A DNA stretch of 64,000 nt from Macrostomum lignano. Lineage: Eukaryota. Under the pieces are notes generated by a model. The model was not told the DNA's origin. It saw only the letters and a list, made by a program, of their open reading frames with translations, and made no database searches. The translations under genes were made by a program, and so were the position numbers. Positions 24,764 to 47,413 of this stretch are shown piece after piece. Location of the stretch: NCBI GenBank assembly GCA_002269645.1, contig NIVC01001282.1, forward strand, positions 81,575 through 145,574. Direction: 5' to 3'. Each line of letters begins with the position of its first letter. Positions within the stretch are counted from its first letter, which is position 1.

Positions 24764-25467
24764 GTTGCTCTGACAGACAAGAGAATCTGGGAGATTAACA
24801 GGCCAGGTGCGAGGCGGATTAGACGCCTGTGGCAATTGGATTGAAAGAAGACGATTCAAATAATTAGCATTTTGTCCCGGCTGAATTATCCAGAGCCTCC
24901 GTCAGAGCAGCCAATGAAAGGATTAACAGTGCCTGGATTTTTATTACTTTGCCTGTTAGCCGGGGCAGCGAGCACGCGACGCCGTGTCAGCTTAAAAAGG
25001 AAAGGAAATTAATTCAGGGTAGAACAGGGGGAGGTTAGGGAGCTGGGGAAGGCGGGAATTTATTCCCATCGCGTGACTACTATTGAGGCAATAGAATTTC
25101 AATTTCATTCTGGGCTTCGCTTTCGCCTCTCCCACTGTCTCAAGTAATCAGCCATTGGGATTTTCGCGATCCCGCACTGCTGAAACTGTGTCCGCGACAT
25201 CGCTTACCTGCATCCTGATTAGCCCGACTTACGCCTGCCTCTTCAATTTAGGGACGGCTGCAGTGTCAACTGCTTTCAGTGTTACTGCCAGGTTTCACTC
25301 AGCCCGTTACTTTGCACCCTCTGTAGTAGCGCTGGTCTGACCTGCTCATGTCTGCCATCTGCCATCTCTGCTCCTTGCTGCAGCAATGTCTTCTTGTGGC
25401 TCCCTTTGCCGCTGTTTATCCGGCTTTCAGTGTGTCTCACGCTGCAGTGTCAGACCTCTGCTTTCTT

Positions 25468-25772
25468 ACTCCCTCCCCCTGCCCCCTCTCCCCTCTCTCC
25501 TCTCCCCTCTCTCCCTCTGCCCTCTCTCCCTCTCTCCCCTCTCTCCCTCTCTCCCTCTACTCTCTCTCCCTCTCTCCCTTCACTCCTTCTCTCCCTCTCC
25601 CCTCTCTCCCTCTCCCCTCTCTCCCTCTCCCCTCTCTCTCTTTCTCCCTCTCCCCTCTCTCCCTCTCCCCTCTCTCTTTCCCCTCACTCCCTCTCATCTC
25701 TCTCCCTCTGCCCTCTCCCTCTCTCCTCTCTCTCCTTCTCTCCCTAGGTCTCTCTCTCTCTGCCTTCCCTCT
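25468..25772. repeat. CT-rich low-complexity tract
   Basis: CTCTCC-type polypyrimidine run. Confidence 0.95.
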
Positions 25773-26145
25773 TTATCTCTGCAATGATTGTAACACAATT
25801 GCTGAAATCAATAAAGCAGAGGAAATCAATATAAGCTCGTACAATGAAGCGCAGGAAGCTTCCAGGTTGAATTCTTTCACCCCATAAAACCCGTAAAGTG
25901 TAGGGTTTCGCATTGTGCATTTATTTTGCAGTGGACAACGCAGCAAAGAGCTTCATGCTGGCTTTGGTGCGATGCAGTTCTAGAAATAAAATGAAAGTCT
26001 GGATGATCGACGGGGCTGAGAGGTTGTCAATCAAATGTGAATATTGTGAAAATACGATTCTTTTAACCTTAGTTCTCTTTAATTTGTTCAGAAATCCTGC
26101 GTCTCACTTTTACCTGTCCTTCCTTACATCTCCAGTCTTCAGTCT

Positions 26146-29100
26146 TTAGTCAATTCTTTTGTAGAACATTAAGCCATCGCCGAAGACTCCAGTGCAGGTT
26201 TCCAGCGTCATTAAAGCTCCATCATCATCATCATCGTCTCCATTTGGGTGCCAGTTCAGCCAGTTGGTTCCGCTCCTGACGCATCTGAGCAGTACCGTGG
26301 GCAATGAGCAGCTCTCATCCCATTCGCTGTTGAGTTTAACAATGGCAAACAGTCGGAATGTTGCTGCAGTAACTTCTGAGCTCCAGCTGTTCTGCAGTGA
26401 ATTAGTGCATTTAGGCAGACTTTGAATTTTTATGAGCATGTTGTAGTCATTTGGTTTCTATATGATCTATGCAACTGCCTCTATGATCTATGGAACTGTC
26501 TATATGATCTATGCAACTGTCTATATGATCTATGCAACTGTCTACATGATCTATAGAACTGTCTATATGATCTATGGAACTGTCTATATGATCTATGCAA
26601 CTGTCTACATGATCTATAGAACTGTCTATATGATCTATGGAACTGTCTATATGATCTATGGAACTGTCTATATGATCTATGGAACTGTCTATATGATCTA
26701 TGGAACTGTCTATATGATCTATGGAACTGTCTATATGATCTATGGAACTGTATATATATGATCTATGGAACTGTCTATATGATCTATGGAACTGTCTATA
26801 TGATCTATGGAACTGTCTATATGATCTATGGAACTGTCTATTGATCTATGGAATCGTCCATTATACTCTCTTCCTCACCGATCTCTCCTCCCCCAAAAAG
26901 TAGCCCCGCTGCGCCGGCAGTTCAATCACCGGATCCGGCTGAACGTTAAAAGAAATTGTCGCAGCCGCCAGAATCAAATTTTCTGGCGCCAAGAAGTCGA
27001 AATCGGATGAGGCGTCGCCTTGTTGCTGGGCGCGTGACAGAGTCCAGCTGAGCAGCCGCTGAGAGTTCACTGACTGCTCGCTTGACCAGCTGGGGTCGCC
27101 GATTCTGTCTAAGCGAATGATTCTATATCCTGCACTGCCGCAGTTAAATCCGAGGTTAGGGTTAGGGCTAGGGTTAGGGTTAGGGCTAGGGTTAGGGTTA
27201 GGGTTAGGGTTAGGGTTAGGGTTAGGGTTTCTCCGAGACTCAGCTCTGCAAAGCTGTTGAAGTCGCAATAGAAGCAGGCTTAGACAACGAACGGGATCTG
27301 AAAGTCGGGTTGGTGTGTTAAACTTCATTTTTGGATTTGTTTGCTAGCTTGCAGTAGCCTAGCTTGTCCGAAAAAATATGATTTATTAATTCTCACCTCT
27401 GAGTAGTTCGTCAATGTTAAAACTTTCGTCAGCTTCTTCGTCGCCAGCCGGCGAGTCCAGAATCTGCCGACGAAGATCTCGGAGCTCCCGAAATTTCGGT
27501 ATGAAAATGTCTCTGCGGTGCAAGCGGATCGAAATGTGTGATTTTTTATTACACCTGCCCTAATGGGTTGATGTACAAGCGGCTGAAGTACGGCTGCTCA
27601 GTCCAAGGACTGGGGGGGTCGCCACACACACCCTTAATTACCCCAGCTAATGCTGGCACCCATTTTACAGCTAAGTGAACTGAAGCAATGCAGAGTTTAA
27701 GTTTCTTGCTCAAAAGGCACAAAATTGTTTCGATTGGGTCAAGAATCGAACCCCCGACCTTTCAGTCATGAGTCTGACGCTCTAACCGCAACTAAATACG
27801 TGAGCAGATTAACAAAACTTTAGTCTAAAAAAATCGACCTGCTGCTGCAACTCAGAGAGAAGCTTCATCTCAGCACGCAGACCGAACAACGCCCTGCCCT
27901 CAGGGAAGCCACAGTGAGGCTTCCCTGAAGCCCCCCACCCCCATTTTAATCCCAATTCTGTTTTCCTCTCTAAAATTCGTCAGCTCTCGAAGGCCTTGAA
28001 GTGTTTTGAAGACTCGGACAAGGTAAAGCCGAAATCCGCGGATTTGAAACGGACGAATTGCGGAGTGATGGAGCGAGACAGATGGGAGATGAGCCGTGAT
28101 TGATTAGGCTCGAGCTTAAGTCCAAATGTCAGATTGCTCTTGAAAAAAAAGATATTTGTTGGCAATGTTATCGATAGCCATTGAAGAGTGCGCCTGCAGA
28201 ATCCACGGCCTCATCAGTCTGATCAGACCTGATATATTGAATCTAGTTTGATCTATCGAACCCTGATCTATTGAATCTAGTTTGATCTATCGGACCCTGA
28301 TCTATTGAATCTAGTTTGATCTATCGGATCCTGATCTATTGAATCTAGTTTGATCTATCGGACCCTGATCTATTGAATCTAGTTTGATCTATAAGATCCT
28401 GATCTATTGAATCTAGTTTGATCTATCGGATCATGATCTATTGAATCTATTCAGATCTATCAGATCCTGATCTATTGAATCTAGTTTGATCTATCGGATC
28501 TTAATCTATTGAATCTAGTTTGATCCATCGGACCCTGATCTATTGAGTCTAGTTTGATCTATCAGACCCTGATCTATTGAGTCTAGTTTGATCTATCAGA
28601 CCCTGATCTATTGAGTCTAGTTTGATCTATCGGACCCTGGTCTATTGAATCTAGTTTGATCTATAAGATCCTGATCTATTGAATCTAGTTTGATCTATCG
28701 GATCATGATCTATTGAATCTATTCAGATCTATCAGATCCTGATCTATTGAATCTAGTTTGATCTATCGGATCTTAATCTATTGAATCTAGTTTGATCCAT
28801 CGGACCCTGATCTATTGAGTCTAGTTTGATCTATCAGACCCTGATCTATTGAGTCTAGTTTGATCTATCAGACCCTGATCTATTGAGTCTAGTTTGATCT
28901 ATCGGACCCTGGTCTATTGAATCTAGTTTGATCTATAAGATCCTGATCTATTGAATCTAGTTTGATCTATCGGATCATGATCTATTGAATCTATTCAGAT
29001 CTATCAGATCCTGATCTATTGAATCTAGTTTGATCTATCGGATCTTAATCTATTGAATCTAGTTTGATCTATCGGACCCTGATCTATTGAGTCTAGTTTG

Positions 29101-31988
29101 ATCTATCAGACCCTGATCTATTGAGTCTAGTTTGATCTATCAGACCCTGATCTATTGAGTCTAGTTTGATCTATCGGACCCTGATCTATTGAGTCTAGTT
29201 TGATCTATCAGACCCTGATCTATTGAGTCTAGTTTGATCTATCAGACCCTGATCTATTGAGTCTAGTTTGATCTATCAGACCCTGATCTATTGGATCTAT
29301 TCAGATCCATCGGACCCCTGATCTAGTGAATCTGTTTTGATCTATCAGACCCTGATCTATTGAATCTATTCAGATCCATCGGACCCCTGATCTAGTGAAT
29401 CTGTTTTGATCTATCGGATCCTGATCTATTTAATCTATTCAGATCTATCGGGTCCTAATCTATTGAATCTATTCAGATCTATCGGACCCTGATCTATTGA
29501 ATCTGTTTTAATCTATCGGACCCTGATCTATTGAATCTATTTTAATCTATCGGACGCTGATCTTTTGGAAGCCTATGACTAATCTTGCTCTACTCAACTA
29601 AAGCAACGCCCCTCGTATAATGCCTCACCAAGGACCACTAGAAGTTACGACCTTCGGTAACGGTAGCTCCTAGTGGTCCTTGTGCTTTACATTGCCTCAT
29701 TAGACCGTTTAAAGTACTTTTGAACCTTAGGCTACAGGCGGCTCTTCCGCTGCTGGCGTGACAAAGCTTCCTCCCAGAAAATCCGTTTTCTCTGCAATTC
29801 TCGCCCACTCAATTAGCTTTAATAACCAGTGGCTTCAATCACGGCCAAATGGCATCAGCTGTTGAGTTGAGTTGAGTTCAAGTGAAGAGGGGAGTTGTTT
29901 GTCAATAGAAAGTGCGTGACTAAAGGGTTTCATTCTGTAGTGGAGTCAAGAAAACTGTAAAAAGTAGAAAATGCGAAGTTCAGAGACCACACGATGGAAG
30001 TGATGTTAAAAGTTGTGTTGAATGTTGAATACATGGGTAGACAGGAGAGTAAGAGGGAGAGAAAGAGAGAGGGAGAGAGAGGGAGGGGGGAGATAAGAGA
30101 GGGTAAAAGTGAGAGAGAGGGAGAGAAAGGAAGAAAGTTAGAGGGGAAGAGTGGAGGAGAGAGGGGGAGGGAGAGAGGCAGAGAGATAGTGAGAGAGAGA
30201 GGGAGCATTAGGGAGAGAAAGGAAGAGGGGCGGTAGAGAGAGGGAGAGAGAGGGAGAGAGAGAGGGAGAGAGGGAGGGAGAGGGAGGAAGAAAGAGAGAG
30301 GCAGGGAGAGAAGGAAAGAAAAGGGAGAGACGGAGAGAGAGAGAAGGAGAGAGGGAGAAAGGGAGAGAGAGGGAGAGACTGGGAGAGAGGGAGAGAGGGG
30401 GAGAGAGGGAGAGACTGGGAGAGAGGGAGAGAGGGGGAGAGAGGGAGAGACTGGGAGAGAGGGAGAGAGAGGGAGAGAGGGAGGGAGAGGGAGGAAGAAA
30501 GAGAGAGACAGGGAGAGAAGGAAAGAAAAGGGAGAGACGGGAGAGAGAGAGAGAGGGAGAGAGAGAGGAGAGAGTGAGGGAGAGAGGGAGAGAGAGGGAG
30601 GAAGAAAGAGAGAGACAGGGAGAGAAGGAAAGAAAAGGGAGAGACGGAGAGAGAGAGAAGGAGAGAGGGAGAGACTGGGAGAGAGGGAGAGAGGGGGAGA
30701 GAGGGAGAGACTGGGAGAGAGGGAGAGAGGGGGAGAGAGGGAGAGAAGGGTAGCTTTAGAATTAAAGAAGGAATGTACCCTAGTTCTCCAACAATGTCCA
30801 GCAATGCTGCAACCCGACCCAATTGTGAAACTCCAATTAGCAAACTGCTCTGCAGCGTGAGCGCAACGAGCAAAAATATTTAGCTATGCTAAACATCCAT
30901 TAAGACAAAGAGCGGATTATAAATAAGTTCCTGCGCTGAGCTCTTCCGCCCAGTTTCTAACCCGCATCTGTGCTAATTAATTATTAATTAGGCGTATAAC
31001 ACCCTACCCCATAGGAAAGAGGGGCAGGACAAGCATTGGAAAGCACGTGGCCTCTTCAGTGCGCCTGCAACTCGTATGAGCTGTGAGCCTCGATCGTTGG
31101 AATGGAAATTGGACTCAAAATCTGCTGAATCATTCACGCCTGCTCAGCTGTTCGAGAGTGCCGGAGCATTTCGGGTTGCATCTGTGTGTTCGAGCTGACG
31201 ATGCTAATACGACGTACTTTAATTGGCTACCGGTAGACCTGACAGGCTGACAGTTGCTCCGGAACCCCACCTGACAGGCTGCGGAACCCAACCTAACAGG
31301 CTGCGGAACCCAACCTGACAGACTCCGGAATCCAAACCTGACAGACTCCGGAACCAACACCTGACAGACTCCGGAAACAACACCTGACAGACTCCGGAAC
31401 CAACACCTGACAGACTCCGGAACCCAACCTGACAGGCTCCGGAACCCCACCTGACAGGCTCCGGAACCCAACCTGACAGGCTCCGGAACCCAACCTGACA
31501 GGCTGCGGAACCCAAACATGATAGGCTCCGGAACCTCACCTGATAGGCTCCGGAACCAACACCTGACAGGCTCCGGAAGTCACTCACCCAGCACGCCGGA
31601 CTCCAGCAGCAACTTGGATCCCCTGCTGTCGCAAGCAGGAAAAGTCGCCCCTACATAGCAGGGCCACCAGCAGGCAGTCGACCAGGTCGCCAGCCTGCGT
31701 CGCCGTCTTGGTGGCCTCGTCCAGCGGGTTCACCACCATCCGGATCGTCTCGCCCGCGCCGCGCTGCTCGCAGCAGCCGGTGAATTTGTACAGAGCCGCC
31801 TCGCCCTCCGAGATAGCCACGACTGATGCGGCGGCGCCATCGGCCGACGAGCGCACGCCGCAGGCGTCTCCAACCACGCCGAATCCGGTGGCGGTGACCA
31901 GCGTTTGCCGCAGTCGAGTCACGGAGCCGCTGGAATTTCCGGCTCTACTGGCGCAACCGGGAACTCGAGTCGACGAGCGCGAGTCCAT
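26146..31988 (-). CDS. Uncharacterised 4-exon protein of about 338 aa, no recognised domain
   Basis: complement join(31588..31988, 27397..27512, 26879..27129, 26146..26391); canonical GTGAG donors and CAG acceptors; phases 2, 1, 0 agree and give one open frame; GC-rich codons. Extra internal or 3' exons cannot be excluded. Confidence 0.7.
26460..26852. repeat. 21-bp minisatellite
   Basis: Unit TATGATCTATGGAACTGTCTA, about 18 copies. Confidence 0.95.
27154..27229 (+). repeat. Interstitial telomeric repeat (TTAGGG)n
   Basis: About 12 units with two CTAGGG variants, inside an intron of the minus-strand gene. Confidence 0.95.
27545..27792 (-). mobile_element. SINE family B copy with an internal deletion
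   Basis: Reverse complement of the 13845-14150 family. Confidence 0.85.
28240..29560. repeat. 34-bp satellite with a 272-bp (8-mer) higher-order repeat
   Basis: Unit GACCCTGATCTATTGAATCTAGTTTGATCTATCG; variant ATAAGATCC at 28391, 28663, 28935. Confidence 0.95.
30040..30748. repeat. GA-rich (polypurine) low-complexity tract
   Basis: Almost entirely G/A on the + strand. Confidence 0.95.
31235..31578. repeat. 22-23-bp minisatellite starting 10 nt past the exon-1 donor of the minus-strand gene
   Basis: Unit CCTGACAGGCTCCGGAACCCAA. Confidence 0.95.
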
Positions 31989-32797
31989 TGAGCAGATCGC
32001 TGGCTGTTGCCGCGAAATTTCGTCCGTTTTTATCTTCTATTTTACAGCCAATCATTCCTGCTTAATTCGTGCCCAAATTGCACTACTTAGAAAATGTATG
32101 AGTAGCATCAAGCGGACATGACAATAAAAAATTACGAGATGCATTAAAAATGTCATCGAAATGCGTTGAAAATCGTGAGTAATTTTGTGAAATAGCGCTG
32201 GTTTAGACCCAGACTGACTGGCTGGGGGCAACACGAAAGCAGAGCGTGACGCAGCCGTCAGTGTCAATGCAGGATTGGGCAGGAAATGCTTTTGCTAGCA
32301 TCAGCTGCATGTGTGTTCTCTCCGCCCCCTGTTCGATCCGTCATTTCCGGTGTTGTGTCACAGTTTTTCGGGCCCGAAATCTGGACAAGGCATCGATAGG
32401 CCTGCGAGTGTTCGTTTTGCTCGCTCCACACGACAGCGGAGATTTCTGCTTTCTCGGATACAAGCGACAGCCGCAGATGTGTCTGACCACATGTGATTAC
32501 AGCAGATTAATTGCATGCATAAAGTCTGTAGTAACGGTATAAAATTTACCTATGCAGGTGTTCGCGTAGACTGAACACTGCTGAGTCACGCGCCGCACTC
32601 CATCGCAAATGTCAGCATCGAGGGAAAAAAATTTTATGCTTTCAAAAAATGGCATTTCTAAACAGGATTTTATTTTTGACATCTAAAATTGCTCTGAGAG
32701 TTTTTCTTGGGTCACCCCGCGTTTTAGACTGCATTTTAGTTGCGATTTATGCGTACCTCTGGACTGTTTCCCACTGCCAAATGGGTTCCCAGAGTGT

Positions 32798-33411
32798 CTA
32801 ATGGGAGTGAACTGCAGGTGTCTCCAGTGTGCCAAGCCTCTTCCTAATGGGAGTGAACTGCAGGTGTCTCCAGTGTGCCAAGTCATATCCTATGGGAGTG
32901 AACTGCAGGTGTCTCCAGTGTGCCAAGTCATTTTCTACGGGAGTGAACTGCAGGTGTCTCCAGTGTGCCAAGTCATTTCCTACGCGAGTGAACTGCAGGT
33001 GTCTCCAGTGTGCCAAGCCTCTTTCTAATGAGAGTGAACTACAGGTGTCTCCAGTGTGCCAAGTTATTTCCTACGGGAGTGAACTGCAGGTGTCTCCAGT
33101 GTGCCAAGTTATTTCCTACGGGAGTGAACTGCAGGTGTCTCCAGTGTGCCAAGTTATTTCCTACGGGAGTGAACTGCAGGTGTCTCCAGTGTGCCAAGTT
33201 ATTTCCTACGGGAGTGAACTGCAGGTGTCTCCAGTGTGCCAAGTTATTTCCTACGGGAGTGAACTGCAGGTGTCTCCAGTGTGCCAAGTTATTTCCTACG
33301 GGAGTGAACTGCAGGTGTCTCCAGTGTGCCAAGTTATTTCTAATGGGAGTGAACTGCAGGTGTCTCCAGTGTGCCAAGTTATTTCTAATGGGAGTGAACT
33401 GGTGTCTCCAG
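32798..33411 (+). repeat. 45-46-bp satellite, left array (about 13 copies)
   Basis: Unit GGGAGTGAACTGCAGGTGTCTCCAGTGTGCCAAGTTATTTCCTAC. Confidence 0.97.
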
Positions 33412-34147
33412 TCAGTCCCCAGATCGCTAGGAGTGGATACCCTGTGGGTCAGGTTTCATCGCTATATGTTTAGAGAACGAACTGCAGCCAAAATTCGCAC
33501 GGGACAGAAGCTGTGCAGACGGAAATCTCAGACCTGCACTGCAGTCTGCCCCCTGGAACCCAGCAGATCCTGATCTGTTCTCATCATTCTTTTCTGATCT
33601 TTTGCCGTCTTAAAGAAAATCGCTTTGAAAGACACGAAATGCTTTTAAATGTGGAAAAGTCAGTCTGTCTGTCTGCACCGAGTTTGTTGGTAACCCCCCC
33701 CCCACCCTGTGCACCCAGACAGATTCTTCTGGCCGCAGAAATCTGCTGCGCATTTTCTTTGCAGATTAGCGGCCAGGCCAGGCCACACAGAAAGTGGGGG
33801 AAAAGGCCAAATAAACATTGTGGCTGACATTGATTTGGGTCAGCGGCGGCAATAAAAGGCTGGGCCTCTCTATCCCCCCTCACCCTTGCTGCTTGTGCAG
33901 CAACAGCAGAGCTACCTGTGTCTGCAAGTCGCTGTTCTACTTTTAACAACAAAAACAGCAGATTATTAACTTTGCTGATGTGACCAGACTGCAGCTTTAG
34001 GCCAGGATCCGAACTTAAGCTTATAAAATAGCTTGGAGCCTGTTGAGAAATCCATTGAGGTCCTGAACTCGAATTGCCGTGCTGACGTAACATTACATCC
34101 CGAATAATCAGTGCAATTAATTGCGGCTTAACACAACTGTAGAAATC

Positions 34148-35192
34148 AGTTCCCTCCCATTAGAAAGAAGCTTGGCACACTGGAGACACCTGCAGTTCCC
34201 TCCCATTAGAAAGAAGCTTGGCACACTGGAGACACCTGCAGTTCCCTCCCATTAGGAAGAAGCTTGGCACACTGGAGACACCTGCAGTTCCCTCCCATTA
34301 GAAAGAAGCTTGGCACACTGGAGACACCTGCAGTTCCCTCCCATTAGAAAGAAGCTTGGCACACTGGAGACACCTGCAGTTCACTCCCACTAGGAAGAGG
34401 CTTGGCACACTGGAGACACTTGCAGTTCACTCCCACTAGGAAGAGGCTTGGCACACTGGAGACACTTGCAGTTCACTCCCACTAGGAAGAGGCTTGGCAC
34501 ACTGGAGACACTTGCAGTTCACTCCCACTAGGAAGAGGCTTGGCACACTGGAAACACCTGTAGTTCACTCCCATTAGGAAGAGGCTTGGCACACTGGAGA
34601 CACCTGCAGTTCACTCCCATTAGGAAGAGGCTTGGCACACTGGAGACACCTGCAGTTCACTCCCATTAGGAAGAAGCTTGGCACACTGGAGACACCTGCA
34701 GTTCCCTCCCATTAGAAAGAAGCTTGGCACACTGGAGACACCTGCAGTTCCCTCCCATTAGAAAGAAGCTTGGCACACTGGAGACACCTGCAGTTCCCTC
34801 CCATTAGAAAGAAGCTTGGCACACTGGAGACACCTGCAGTTCCCTCCCATTAGAAAGAAGCTTGGCACACTGGAGACACCTGCAGTTCACTCCCACTAGG
34901 AAGAGGCTTGGCACACTGGAGACACTTGCAGTTCACTCCCACTAGGAAGAGGCTTGGCACACTGGAGACACTTGCAGTTCACTCCCACTAGGAAGAGGCT
35001 TGGCACACTGGAGACACTTGCAGTTCACTCCCACTAGGAAGAGGCTTGGCACACTGGAAACACCTGCAGTTCACTCCCATTAGGAAGAGGCTTGGCACAC
35101 TGGAGACACCTGCAGTTCACTCCCATTAGGAAGAGGCTTGGCACACTGGAGACACCTGCAGTTCACTCCCATTAGGAAGAGGCTTGGCACAC
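34148..35192 (-). repeat. Same 46-bp satellite in inverted orientation, right array (about 23 copies)
   Basis: Unit CTTGGCACACTGGAGACACCTGCAGTTCACTCCCATTAGGAAGAGG is the reverse complement of the left unit; a GAAACACC variant recurs 506 bp (11 units) apart. Confidence 0.97.
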
Positions 35193-36301
35193 TCAGCCAA
35201 CCGTGTATTTGTTCTTACATGACCACAATAAATAGGTGAGCACATATTAGAACCAGCAAGTATTCGTGGCAACAACTTATAATTAAGATTGTTGCAAACT
35301 AAACAACACGTGTTTCAACAAGTCCTCTTCTATGAGGGGGGGGGGGGTTCGTTGCCCCGCGATTATAATTTCTGCTTTCGCAGACCCCTGGGCAAGAGCG
35401 AGTGAATTCAACATTAAGCTTGAATGCTTGTAACTTGAATAACCTCGGAGAGAGTTGAATGCGGACTGCGCAAGCAAAGCAAATTAAGTTGGAAGAGCAA
35501 AGAGCTGCTCAGTAGGCAGACGGCGAGAGAGTGACGGGCTGGCTACGCCGGGCGGCTGGCGGCCGAAGGAAAAAGCAGCGCGCCTCAATGTACATTGCTT
35601 TCCACAAGCCTTCCTCTCCCCTCCATGCTGAAGTCCCTTCACAAGCGGAAAGTACATTCATTCGTCTTATTTGACAGATTCCCACTGGCTCCTGTCTGCT
35701 CTGTGTCCCAAGCTAGGGAAGAAGCTTCCCCTTTTTTTGCTCCAATCCTTTCCCACGGCTCCCAACCCGCCCCTCAGTCTGCAGGTCGCGTCCGCCTTCC
35801 CTTAGCCTGTCTCTATTCTGAATGGCCCGGTCGACACAGCTTTTTCAACACAGGGCTTGGTTTGGGTTTGTCGCCAGCTTGAGGGTGAGAGATGGGAGAG
35901 AGAGAGAGAGTGGAGGGAGAGTATAAAGTACGCTCCCTCTATCCACCCAGCCAAAATAGCATGTGATCCCCCTGCAGCCCGCACCCCAAATCGTCGGGCA
36001 CGAGTATAGAGCGCTCTAATTTTCCAGAACATACCAAGCAGTAGGATAATATACTTTTTTACTGTTTTCGATTTCTATTCAACGCACAAGAAGGTTTCTG
36101 TCTTCGTCAACTCGCTGCACTTCGTTCGCCTCGACGAGAAACAGAGTGATACAGACAGAGCAGAGCGCCCTTCAAGTTTTCATTGGCCACGCGCCCGCAC
36201 ACACTAAGCCAGGCTTCAGCCAGTTTAAAGGCTGGACAGTGGAGCCTAGAATTCCGGCGCGCAAAATAATACAGTTATTCGTTGGACGACTCTTCGCCGC
36301 A

Positions 36302-46723
<10,422 letters not shown>

Positions 46724-47000
46724 GACCAGCTGCCATCAACAATGGAATCCGTCTTTTCTTTCCAAGAGCTCAATCCCTCATTGCCAGCCCCGCTATCCCA
46801 GTGAATCAATTAGCTTGAACAATATTGAGCTGGTAACTGCAGTCTTTACCGAAACTTCGATGAGGAAACAGGATAAATTTATGCGCGAGTTCAGAATTAT
46901 GACTTGACCCACTGTTTACAGGCAATTTTCTACTCATGTAGAAAAAGCATTATACCGATTGCTACCAGTTTTGGCTTCTACCAGATTTTAAAACAACTGA

Positions 47001-47413
47001 ATGGGCCACTCAGGCATATACACTAAGTAAAAACAGCTCTCTACTTTCAGTTCAGTAGCAATGAAGAATATATAAGCTATTTTTTAAAAATAAAGGCGGC
47101 TGAAATTACTTTGATAAGTTTAGAAGCCCAAGCTTGCAGGCGTAAACAACTTTGCTAATTGGTTTAGCAGTAATGTACATTAGCGATTAGCTAGTCCACT
47201 GATATGTACATGGCAGCTTTAGGGTGGGAATTCCGAGAAAGGCAATAAAAATGGGGGGGCGGGGGGTAGTGTGAAAAACGTGTTAGGAGGGTTTAAGCTG
47301 GAGGTAAGAGCCAATAAAATGAGCCTCGGCTTTAAAAATACATTAAAATGCTTCAGTTTAACTTACTACTGAACTGACAGTAGCTTACACGCAAATGTGT
47401 TGAGTGGCCCATC
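47001..47413. mobile_element. MITE-like element with GGGCCACTCA termini
   Basis: ATGGGCCACTCA ... TGAGTGGCCCCAT; its last 95 bp or so are duplicated at 46195-46290. Confidence 0.55.
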
